Below are positions 1 to 8,009 of a stretch of DNA of 40,000 nt, piece after piece. Where the stretch lies: sequence record MG655269.1, one strand, 5' to 3'. The stretch is from Erwinia phage vB_EamM_MadMel. Below the pieces are notes generated by a model. That model saw only the letters and a program-made list of their open reading frames with translations. It was not told where the DNA came from and made no database searches. Position 1 is the first letter of the stretch. The number at the start of each line of letters is the position of its first letter. Position numbers and translations under genes: made by a program.

Positions 1-2
1 CC

Positions 3-53
3 GAATCTAACGCAACGACCAAGATCACTGTTGAACTTGGTAACATTGCTTAA
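3..53 (+). CDS. C-terminal end of a CDS truncated by the window edge (...ESNATTKITVELGNIA*)
   Basis: Open frame from the window edge ending in TAA at 51-53, followed by non-coding sequence. Confidence 0.5.
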   Translation, partial: ESNATTKITVELGNIA

Positions 54-149
54 CCCGTATTAAAAGGCTTGTCTTCGTTTGACGAAAGATCAAACACCGC
101 CTTCCTATTTGGCCGGATGGAAGTAAAATAACCGGCCAGCCATTATACA

Positions 150-215
150 TCTGTAGGTCGCAGGTTCGATTCCTGTCGGGGTGAAACCCGTAGCTCAGTC
201 GGTTAGAGCAGCAGA
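150..215 (+). ncRNA. Circularly permuted tRNA-like element (3' half followed directly by 5' half)
   Basis: 3' half: TCTGT AGGTC GCAGG-TTCGATT-CCTGT CGGGGTG (150-183). 5' half: AAACCCG TA GCTC-AGTCGGTTA-GAGC A GCAGA (184-215). The anticodon stem GCAGA/TCTGT closes with 5 bp (one G-U), the D and T arms are canonical, acceptor pairing is 5/7, and a 15-48 Levitt pair (G-C) is possible. Confidence 0.5.
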
Positions 216-1310
216 ACAACTGCTTATGCTAAAAGCAATGATCTTTGGGATCATCAATGGTGTACTGTGAGCACCTTGAAATCACAGGTCTAAAGCTTAA
301 AGCTATAACGTATAATGACTAAAGCTCTAAAGGTTTAAACTTATAACGTTAAAAAGATCTACACTCCCTGATGACTGTGTTCGTCGGGCTATAACGCTAA
401 AACCTTTTAAACAAATCCTGGGTATTCCTCCGCTGTGAGGATGGGTAATGTGGAGTGTGGTCTGCCACGTATCGCCGCCAGGCTGTCTTGCGGAGACAAG
501 TCTTTCCCTTTTGCAATAGGTGACCTAATGACAGGCACTGCATCAATGATCATTGAGCAACCACAACCGGAATTCAATATCCCGTTGAGGTCGCCTTATC
601 CTACCCTTCATGACGTAAGGTTTTCTATGTTCCCTGTTATGGGTGAACCTGAGAACGAAGGGTTCGAACAAGATTCAGAAACTGACGCATTACATTGAGG
701 AGATTCAATCGCGCAGGTTCTTAACCGACTAAAGCCAGGGTGACTTGTGTTATCTTGGTAAAAGGTGAACGCGTCGTTACAGCGCATACGACTGAATGGG
801 CCGATCCCCCCTTCGGAGTAATATTAGCCCAGATCCATTGCACACCAATAAGTCAATGGCTAGCCAGACACACAAAAAACTATTATGCTTCGACAGATGG
901 TAGGTGCCTGATTACTACAATTCGATTCGATACCTCAACTAAAAGGCGGACACAAGGGCCGTTATGAGTGAAGCACCAGGAAACTATACCTTGGTAAGGC
1001 CCCAGGCTTTTTATCCTTACCAAGGTTCTCTTTCTTTTACTACCTGATAATGGGTGGATGCCTTAGTCACCTTTCTTTCACAGAGGCAACAACCTAAGGC
1101 GTCTGCCCACCCTATAACCCGAGTCGTCTAGCGACAAGACACCGTCAGACCCATTTGGTAACAGCCTAACTTACCTGTTACCCAACCTATGACGGAAACA
1201 GGTGGTTCAACTCCACCTCTTGGGTCTTAGGTATTGGCTTAGGCAAACTCCGTCGCGGCTTTACCCTCAATAGGCTGCGTTGCGTAAGTCAGTACCGTGC
1301 TGTGCGTCGT

Positions 1311-1459
1311 ACTCCCTGATGAGGCGCCCGACGTTAAAAGGCACGAAACGGGGACAGAGGATACTCCATCGGTGATTGCAATCAACCACGCTGGGGTTTA
1401 TACAGGCACTTGAGAGACACGCTGGTTTCTCGTTGCCTGTCCCTTTGTCCCGTCGGAGT
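1311..1459 (+). ncRNA. Hammerhead-like (type I topology) ribozyme core with expanded stem III; predicted cleavage between 1454 and 1455
   Basis: Stem I ACTCC(1311-1315)/GGAGT(1455-1459); core CTGATGA 1316-1322; weak stem II G1323-C1344 plus GCC/GGC; GAAA 1345-1348; stem III ACGGG-(G)-ACAGAGG (1348-1360) with CCTTTGTCCCGT (1442-1453); cleavage triplet GTC 1452-1454. Confidence 0.5.
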
Positions 1460-1912
1460 CCCTTGCGTTCCTGGAGGGATGACACCGCGTTAAGACTGAT
1501 CCCCTTAACGAAGTTGCAATAGCCGGGGGTGATTCTTGCAAAGGTTACTCACAGCAGACTGCCTCCGCCAATTGCGGATGGCTTAGGCCCTCAGTCCGTC
1601 AGGAAGTTGTCGTTGAATAAATGACAGCTGGACTAGGGTTGCATTATAACCCGGCAAGTGTGCAGCCTGTTTTTTCTTCATGTGTACCTGAACCGGTTCA
1701 GGAGCCTACAGATGAGGGAACGACGGGAAGCATATTGCTACCGATCATTTGCTGTGTGACCGGGCCAAGGATGGCATATACCGGAACCAGTAGTCGTATT
1801 CAGCGCAGGTGCGCTTTCTCTTCCTTATCTTGTGGTTAAACCGCGCCTGTCTGGATCATACGTGCCGGGGTCACACCTGGCGCTTATGCCGTCTGAGTTG
1901 TATCCTTTTTTA

Positions 1913-1937
1913 CTCCTACATTACGAAGCTGATATAC
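1913..1937 (+). promoter_or_regulatory. Promoter-like element CTCCTACATTACGAAGCTGATATAC
   Basis: Matches recurrent motif CCTAYATTAY, about 45 nt upstream of the 1967 start codon. Confidence 0.4.
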
Positions 1938-1966
1938 CCATCAATTCAATTTAAAGGAGTTTAGTT

Positions 1967-2389
1967 ATGAAGAACGTTACTATTGCTATTGGTCGTAATC
2001 CGCTGTCCAACCAGAAATGGATTCTGGATCAGATCGTGAGTCTGGTGAAGTCCGGTAAGTCCGACATCTTCATCGTCAATACTGACTCACGGGTTTCCAC
2101 TGCGGTACTCAACGCCTTGAAAGAGTATACGAAGGATGATGCGGAATACACTCGCTTGGTTGCTGAGAACGGTGTCATGTTCCACACAACCGAGACCGAA
2201 GACCTGCAAACGCTGGATGATGCTAAGATGAACAGCCGCTCGGCGATTCTGGCCAACATGCTGTTCAGCCTGCCATTGGTCAAACAGTGTCGTGATCTGG
2301 CGCGTCACCACGTCCCGGTCTTTGTGAGTGCCACACCTGCCATGTCTGGTAAGGTGCCGGCTGCCGCCCATACCAAGTTCCTCGATTAA
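1967..2389 (+). CDS. Hypothetical protein (140 aa)
   Basis: ATG with RBS aaaggag upstream; intact ORF in a co-directional array. Confidence 0.8.
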   Translation: MKNVTIAIGRNPLSNQKWILDQIVSLVKSGKSDIFIVNTDSRVSTAVLNALKEYTKDDAEYTRLVAENGVMFHTTETEDLQTLDDAKMNSRSAILANMLFSLPLVKQCRDLARHHVPVFVSATPAMSGKVPAAAHTKFLD

Positions 2390-2398
2390 GGATAGCCC

Positions 2399-2860
2399 AT
2401 GGTAAATCACCTGTGGGGTCAGTTGTCGGAGCGTGCCATCCGCGCTGCTGCTACTGACCTACGGTTGAAGCCTGTAGAGAGCCTGCCCATGTGTTGGGCA
2501 GAGCTCCTCTCCATCGGGATCACCAAACCCCTTGGACGCTTTGACGTTCTTACCCATATCGGTCGCCGTCCTGAGCTTCACTATTTAACTGTGTTAGCAG
2601 AGGAAGGTGTCCGTTTCATCGATGTGTTAGCGGAAGATACTGATGCCCGTCACGCACATCGAGCTCGAGCAAACGCAGTCTGCTATTATGACAAAGATCA
2701 GAAGCCGCAACTGTGTTGGTTATACCTCGCCCGTGGCGAGTTAACGGAGGGGAATTTTAGTCGTGCTGTGCGTGAAGGTATTCATCGTGTCGCTGGGAAG
2801 TTCCCGGAGGACACCAACACTCACTTCTGTGATCTATCGGGATTGACCCATGCTAAGTAA
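2399..2860 (+). CDS. Hypothetical protein (153 aa)
   Basis: Intact ORF, tightly packed with neighbours. Confidence 0.75.
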   Translation: MVNHLWGQLSERAIRAAATDLRLKPVESLPMCWAELLSIGITKPLGRFDVLTHIGRRPELHYLTVLAEEGVRFIDVLAEDTDARHAHRARANAVCYYDKDQKPQLCWLYLARGELTEGNFSRAVREGIHRVAGKFPEDTNTHFCDLSGLTHAK

Positions 2861-2975
2861 AAAGATTATGACTGAACTGCGCCGTCGGATTAATAAAGGC
2901 AATAAGCCTCAGCAGTCAGGTCGTTTGACCCATGTTCTTGTAGACAGCAAGTCTACAGGCTTTAAACCACAATAA
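2850..2975 (+). CDS. Small hypothetical protein (41 aa, MLSKKIMTELRRRINKGNKPQQSGRLTHVLVDSKSTGFKPQ)
   Basis: Short ORF overlapping the upstream stop; fills the gap to the 2993 ORF. Confidence 0.3.
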   Translation: MLSKKIMTELRRRINKGNKPQQSGRLTHVLVDSKSTGFKPQ

Positions 2976-2992
2976 CGTTTCTCGGTGTCCTC

Positions 2993-3538
2993 ATGACTCA
3001 AACACAAAGTTATTCCGTTAATGCCTTTGACGAAATCGTCATCACCGCTACCCGTCACGCGTCCAACCATATTCACTACCAATTCGCAACCCCTGGGGAA
3101 AAATCGGTAGTGATCCATGCGTTTGACTCAACCACAGAGCTGACCACCCAGGAGGCCTTTAAACGGGCTTATGCCGAACTGGCACACTGGGTAGGGGTTA
3201 AGGCCGGTTATGATCACCTGCAGCGTAACGATGCCATTCCGTTGCTGATCTCGGTGGCCCGTGATCTGTTTGTTGATAACATTTTCAAAGACATGAAAGA
3301 TCTCAGCGGCGAGTTCCTGCACAATGGCGTGTCTGTCAACTGGAAACGCACGTTGATGATGGATGTGTTACTGACCAGTTTTGAAACCCAGGTAAGTGAC
3401 CATATCAGCGAAGATGGTTTGGGTGTTCGGACGTATTCCAAGATCGAGCTGCGCACCCACTCGAAAGAAGACAACCTGTCACCAAACCTGCAGTACGCGG
3501 AATACGCGGGGGTATTTGATCGTGGTCCAACTCTCTAA
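2993..3538 (+). CDS. Hypothetical protein (181 aa)
   Basis: Intact ORF with ATG start. Confidence 0.8.
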   Translation: MTQTQSYSVNAFDEIVITATRHASNHIHYQFATPGEKSVVIHAFDSTTELTTQEAFKRAYAELAHWVGVKAGYDHLQRNDAIPLLISVARDLFVDNIFKDMKDLSGEFLHNGVSVNWKRTLMMDVLLTSFETQVSDHISEDGLGVRTYSKIELRTHSKEDNLSPNLQYAEYAGVFDRGPTL

Positions 3539-4094
3539 CTTCGCCCATCCTGTTAACGCGGTTAATACGCAGCAACAGTTCGAGCTGTTTACGATCACTA
3601 CCCTGCAGTTGCATGGCGGGAGTGTTTTCCATCGGGTGACATTGCCTTTGGATGGACACCCTACTGAGATCGCATTGTTTGCCCAACCCACAAAGATGTC
3701 ACATGTCGATGTGTTGCGCACGGTGCACGATCTGGTGTTTCTGTGGATTCCGCCGGTGACTGATCCGCGGGGGTTAATCATGGGTCATCGTGATTATATC
3801 CTCAATCTCTGTAAAGAGACCTTGCGGGTTGTTGCAGGTGTGGGTAGCTGGCCAGTCCCAGCGTTTAACAAACAGGATGTCACGGATAACGGCGTGCTTC
3901 ATTTGTTGCGCTACTATGATCCGATAATGGATCGTATCATCACTCAGGTGGTTGGTACACCGCCAATGGATCTGGATGATCGGGATATGCGCCAGGATAA
4001 GCAAGGGGCAGGGCTTGTCGCCTTCTCACCCTCGTGGCTTGACCCAGGGCCTTTCACGGCACAGGATCACAACTACGGCGTTGCGGATGCATAA
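3522..4094 (+). CDS. Hypothetical protein (GTG start preferred over the longer 3396 frame)
   Basis: Frame overlaps the upstream gene heavily if started at 3396; starting at GTG 3522 gives the usual short overlap. Confidence 0.65.
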   Translation: MVQLSNFAHPVNAVNTQQQFELFTITTLQLHGGSVFHRVTLPLDGHPTEIALFAQPTKMSHVDVLRTVHDLVFLWIPPVTDPRGLIMGHRDYILNLCKETLRVVAGVGSWPVPAFNKQDVTDNGVLHLLRYYDPIMDRIITQVVGTPPMDLDDRDMRQDKQGAGLVAFSPSWLDPGPFTAQDHNYGVADA

Positions 4095-4096
4095 AA

Positions 4097-4136
4097 CGGC
4101 ATAAGAGGAGGAGCATTTGCTCCTCCTCTGTTTATG
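4097..4136. terminator. Bidirectional terminator between convergent genes: CGGCATA + 11-bp hairpin + GTTTATGC
   Basis: AGAGGAGGAGC (4104-4114) / GCTCCTCCTCT (4119-4129), TTATGCCG on the minus strand and TTTATGC then poly-T on the plus strand. Confidence 0.8.
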
Positions 4137-4149
4137 CTCTTTTTTTTTG

Positions 4150-5001
4150 TTATCGTTTGGGGACACTCATCCGAATCGAGCGGTGCTTACGGAGTTTGTC
4201 TGACCACGCCGCTGTCTTCTTCCATCGGGTTTCCAGGAAGTCGGTGTAGTTGTCCACCGCATCAGCATAGCTTTCAATGGTGTCTTTAAACGCCCCGAGT
4301 TCCACACCACCCACTAACGCCCCTTGGTCAACAGGAATACGCAGACGTTGATAGATGTAGGCTTTCACCGCATAGTTCACCAACTGCGAGAACCGAGTGT
4401 AAGCCCGCACCGGGATGTTGGTCATCTCTGAGTCGTTTGAGACAATACAACGCAGGGTCAGCATGTTCGTGATCATTTGGGTTTCATAGATCGCTACCAT
4501 GTTCTGACCAATCAACGCTACGTTGGTCATCTGAATCTCAGGAGCCGGGGAGTAGGATTGCAACATCTGCTGCATACCCTGGGTGATTGCCCCGTTACTG
4601 CACCCCATGTTCATTCCACCGGTATACCCGCCAATCCCTGCACCACCGGGTACGCCAAATAACGCATCGGGGTAACCGTACATCAAGGAGAGAATCGAGG
4701 TGATCACTCGCCCACCAGTTAATGACTTCGGTACCCGAAAGACCGTGGTGAAGTTATCGGGTTGAACATACTCCACATCCCGTAAGGGTATGATGACTTC
4801 TACCCCACCCACGACGTCACAATCACGACGCACTTTGGCATCGATCACTTTCGTACGGATGGCTTCATTAAGTGAAGTGTTGAGAACCTGACGAACGCCA
4901 GTGTGGTAGTAAGCAACATCATTGGTCATGAACGCTGCTCTTAACAAACTGGGATCAAAGTTCCACATCACGTCATTAATGGCATGATCTATCGCGCTCA
5001 T
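4150..5001 (-). CDS. Hypothetical protein (283 aa)
   Basis: Long intact ORF on the minus strand, divergent from PhuZ-like gene, ends at a bidirectional terminator. Confidence 0.8.
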   Translation of the reverse strand: MSAIDHAINDVMWNFDPSLLRAAFMTNDVAYYHTGVRQVLNTSLNEAIRTKVIDAKVRRDCDVVGGVEVIIPLRDVEYVQPDNFTTVFRVPKSLTGGRVITSILSLMYGYPDALFGVPGGAGIGGYTGGMNMGCSNGAITQGMQQMLQSYSPAPEIQMTNVALIGQNMVAIYETQMITNMLTLRCIVSNDSEMTNIPVRAYTRFSQLVNYAVKAYIYQRLRIPVDQGALVGGVELGAFKDTIESYADAVDNYTDFLETRWKKTAAWSDKLRKHRSIRMSVPKR

Positions 5002-5089
5002 AATCGCACCTTTGTTACATTCTACATGGATGTATGTATATATGTTGAAAAACTGATCTCATAGAATTTAACCAACGGAGCAATATCAC

Positions 5090-6064
5090 ATGTCAAAACG
5101 TTTAACCCGCATCTACGCTTGTGGCGGTGCTGCCATCAACATCACCGCGGCGCAGAAGGACCAGCACGATCAACTGGGCTTCTCTGACCTCAGCGTATCA
5201 CGTATCGATACTTCGGATAAGAACATCAAACCAGGCATGTCACCGAACAGCGTCTACATCCTGGAAAACGCAGACGGTTCTGGTAAAGAGCGTAAGCACA
5301 ACTACAAAGCGATCGTGGCCTCACTCGAACAGATCCTGGCGATGCACAAACCGGGCGATTACAACATCGTCATGATGTCAGCCTCAGGCGGTTCTGGTTC
5401 GGTCATCGGTCCGGTAATCATTGGCGAACTGCTGAAGCGTAAGATCCCAGTGGTTGCGCTGGTTGTGGGTACCATCGGTTCTGAAACTGAAACGCAGAAC
5501 TCCATCAATACCCTGAAGTCCCTGGCCGGTGTCTCTGAAGCTCAGAAAGCCCCACTGGTGATGTCATACTTCCCGGTGAACCAGCACTTCGATCAGCGTG
5601 AAGTGGACAAGCAAGTCCTGACCACCATGACGCTGTTGCTCAACCTGTTCGACTCGAAGAACATCGAAATCGATTACAAAGATATCGTGAACTTCCTGAA
5701 CTACACCAACATCCGCAACACCCGCCCTGGCCTGGTTGGCCTCGAAACGTACAACGACGACGAACTGCAAACCATCGCTGGTACCTCGCCGTTGTCCATG
5801 GCGTCAGTGTTCAAAGATGATAACCGTCCGTTCCTGCCGGTTACCCCGGACTACCATGCCACCGGTACCCGTGACCAGGACATGAAAGATGAGCGTATGC
5901 AGTTCAATGCGCACTATGTCATTACCTCGGCGCCGGTTAAAATGGCGTTTGAAGATCTGAACAAACGTATGAAGCAGATCACTGATCAGCAACATACTCG
6001 CGGCCAGAACTTCAACCTGCTGGGTGATGGCGACCAGGGTGACGATAACGGGATGTTCCTGTAA
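5090..6064 (+). CDS. phuZ: PhuZ-like phage tubulin/FtsZ-family protein (324 aa)
   Basis: N-terminal IYACGGAAINI nucleotide-binding loop, G-box variant MMSASGGSGSVIGPVI, following IPVVALVVGT...ETETQNSINTL segment, acidic C-terminal tail (GDGDQGDDNGMFL); size typical of PhuZ. Confidence 0.75.
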   Translation: MSKRLTRIYACGGAAINITAAQKDQHDQLGFSDLSVSRIDTSDKNIKPGMSPNSVYILENADGSGKERKHNYKAIVASLEQILAMHKPGDYNIVMMSASGGSGSVIGPVIIGELLKRKIPVVALVVGTIGSETETQNSINTLKSLAGVSEAQKAPLVMSYFPVNQHFDQREVDKQVLTTMTLLLNLFDSKNIEIDYKDIVNFLNYTNIRNTRPGLVGLETYNDDELQTIAGTSPLSMASVFKDDNRPFLPVTPDYHATGTRDQDMKDERMQFNAHYVITSAPVKMAFEDLNKRMKQITDQQHTRGQNFNLLGDGDQGDDNGMFL

Positions 6065-6211
6065 TCCACCGAGCCTCTCTATTATATGTAACCGCTGCTG
6101 CAACACTCCTCTGTCTGGGTTTTCTGTATTCCTTTTACCAGAGATGAGTGAAGCGTTACATTTCTTCCGTGACCATGGCTGCTAGCGGGAGAGGCTGTTT
6201 AAAGAGCGAAT

Positions 6212-6244
6212 CCCCTCCACCGTTTTGGTGGAGGGGTTATGCCG
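6212..6244 (+). terminator. Hairpin + TTATGCCG 3'-end signal
   Basis: CCCCTCCACC/GGTGGAGGGG 10-bp stem with 5-nt loop, then TTATGCCG. Confidence 0.75.
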
Positions 6245-6260
6245 TCAAAAATAATTCAAA

Positions 6261-6280
6261 CCTACATTATAATCACGAGC
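6261..6280 (+). promoter_or_regulatory. Promoter-like element CCTACATTATAATCACGAGC
   Basis: Matches recurrent CCTAYATTAY motif, about 100 nt upstream of the 6367 gene, right after a terminator. Confidence 0.4.
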
Positions 6281-6366
6281 AGTACCAATTACTTTCGTAC
6301 ATTAACGTACTATTATTTAGGGCATAGCCCTTTTATAGTTGGATGTATGACTAGGAGCTTAACACC

Positions 6367-7656
6367 GTGAACTACAGCACAGACAATTTTATTATCGACG
6401 TTGGTCAGTATATTCCAACCATCATGTTTCGCGCACCGTACCTGAACGGTAAGCCATTAACCCACGAACAAACGTATTGTATTTTCGCTGCCATCCACGA
6501 TGAAATCTTTAATGAGACATTCCCGTGGGCCCACATTAACAATAGTTTAGAAACCGCCTTATCAACGGTGTATGCAGACTACCCTTTATTTACTCTTGGT
6601 GAACCACGCTATTGGCGTTTTGGACATAACGGCTATGAGATCTATCGCCCAACCCAAAATGGCTTTAATTACATGGATGCTCCGCATGGACGTTTACCGC
6701 AGAACCCACCGCGTGGTTCGATCTTTAAGATTGCCGGCGGACGGGTCTATGCAGAGTGGTTAAGCGCGTTTGTCACGAACACCTTGTTTGGTATTCGTAA
6801 CCGACTCCACGACGAACTGCTCCGTTTCGTCGGTACGGCTGCGGATTACGAATGGCACTTTGAGTATGTGTCAAACGGAATTTTCTATACCAAAGTTTCT
6901 AAGAACCCATTAGTCACCCAACCGGTGCATGTCAAGCTCCAGGCGCCAACTGAAGCTGAGCAGATACAACAGGCGATTTCAGATCTTCCAGATGTTCGTC
7001 AACCAACCGTAGGGAATGCGGTGGCGGTGAATCTGGATATTCGTGCACACAGCAGTCTCGAACGTATCCCTGAAGTTTGTGGTTATCTGCAACAGCTGAT
7101 CATGCATGCGCAACAGCATCATGCACCGCTTGAAGTGAAGGTGATCTATCACAGCAAAACCTACTACGATAAAGTGGTCAGCTTTGCGCGTGGGTTTATT
7201 GAACAATATCAATTGCCAGTGAAACTCGCCTTCAAAGAGCAATGGGTGGATTTGCAACAAGCTCACCCAATCTCCCTGGGCGCTGTATCGGTATCTTCTG
7301 ACATCCCTAGCATTAAAGATATAGAGCGTGACCACGATCGTCTGCGTGAAATCCGTACCCAGCTGATTCGTAATAACGCCCTCAGTCCCTGGTTGACACA
7401 AGAACTGTTGGCAATTGCACCAGGCTTGTTTAGTAAGAAGATCTCCGATGAAGAGATGTTCACCGCCATGATGACAACGGACTGGGGAGTAAACAACAAA
7501 GGCCGGCGGGTAGATGCCACTCGACTGAACCCGATGGTGATTGGGGCAGTAATCTCCATTGATCGTCAGTTAGAAGGGGAAGCATTGCCACAGGTTACCC
7601 AGCCACAACACCAACTTCACGTGTTACATGAGATCAACTGGAATAATGTGCGATGA
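6367..7656 (+). CDS. Hypothetical protein (429 aa)
   Basis: Long intact ORF. Confidence 0.85.
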   Translation: MNYSTDNFIIDVGQYIPTIMFRAPYLNGKPLTHEQTYCIFAAIHDEIFNETFPWAHINNSLETALSTVYADYPLFTLGEPRYWRFGHNGYEIYRPTQNGFNYMDAPHGRLPQNPPRGSIFKIAGGRVYAEWLSAFVTNTLFGIRNRLHDELLRFVGTAADYEWHFEYVSNGIFYTKVSKNPLVTQPVHVKLQAPTEAEQIQQAISDLPDVRQPTVGNAVAVNLDIRAHSSLERIPEVCGYLQQLIMHAQQHHAPLEVKVIYHSKTYYDKVVSFARGFIEQYQLPVKLAFKEQWVDLQQAHPISLGAVSVSSDIPSIKDIERDHDRLREIRTQLIRNNALSPWLTQELLAIAPGLFSKKISDEEMFTAMMTTDWGVNNKGRRVDATRLNPMVIGAVISIDRQLEGEALPQVTQPQHQLHVLHEINWNNVR

Positions 7657-8009
7657 ATGCCAATGTGCTTCTGATCGATCTTAAACCGATAGTCTATCAG
7701 TGGTTCACACCAGAACAAGCCAATGACAGTGACTTGCACATGGCAATAGATGATCTGGCCACCTGGGCAACCAGCACGGCGGTGGAACAGGAATGCGACA
7801 CCGACCTGATTGGCCCGACCTTCTTCCTGGTCAACTCAGGTTGGCAACATGACCAATTGCAAGCCATGATCGATACAATGGCCAAAGTAGTAAGAACGAT
7901 CTACCTGACCCAGTCCACTCCCGAATGGCGTAGCGCCGGGGTGAAACGTATTCAGGTAGATCAATTCTATCTGATGACCGTTAAGCTGGGGATTGATCCA
8001 TATGTCTGA
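7653..8009 (+). CDS. Hypothetical protein (118 aa)
   Basis: ATGA overlap with upstream gene, intact ORF. Confidence 0.75.
   Translation: MNANVLLIDLKPIVYQWFTPEQANDSDLHMAIDDLATWATSTAVEQECDTDLIGPTFFLVNSGWQHDQLQAMIDTMAKVVRTIYLTQSTPEWRSAGVKRIQVDQFYLMTVKLGIDPYV

Larger units (their letters stand above)
54..1891 (+). ncRNA. Candidate large structured non-coding RNA region (orientation inferred)
   Basis: About 1.9 kb with only weak short ORFs in an otherwise densely packed genome. Many perfect or near-perfect stems: 989-999/1015-1025 (11 bp), 1052-1066/1094-1111 (about 15 bp with a small internal loop), 1147-1153/1221-1227 (7 bp), 1202-1206/1214-1218 with T-loop TTCAACT, 1404-1410/1433-1439, 1488-1494/1504-1510, 1561-1568/1574-1582, 1636-1640/1648-1652, 1687-1702 palindrome. 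Ends in the TTATGCCG 3'-end motif (1884-1891) used elsewhere in the window. Confidence 0.6.

Noticed and set aside
95-184. Normal tRNA gene ending at 184
   Set aside because: No upstream sequence supplies an acceptor strand for CGGGGTG, a D-arm, or an ACAGA/GCAGA anticodon-stem strand.
25-219. Minus-strand ORF 25-219
   Set aside because: Antisense to tRNA-half sequence (encodes the well-known spurious GFHPDRNRTCD-type peptide).
361-458. A second complete hammerhead ribozyme at the first CTGATGA
   Set aside because: No GAAA strand and no UH cleavage site before the GGAGTGT partner strand.
435-1839. Short ORFs 435-698, 740-967, 1267-1485 (-), 1621-1839
   Set aside because: No convincing RBS or protein-like composition, mutually non-contiguous, and they overlap strong RNA stems; the region behaves as non-coding.
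54-1966. Group I intron splitting a tRNA
   Set aside because: I could not find convincing P7/R-S type core motifs, and the tRNA halves are in permuted rather than normal order.
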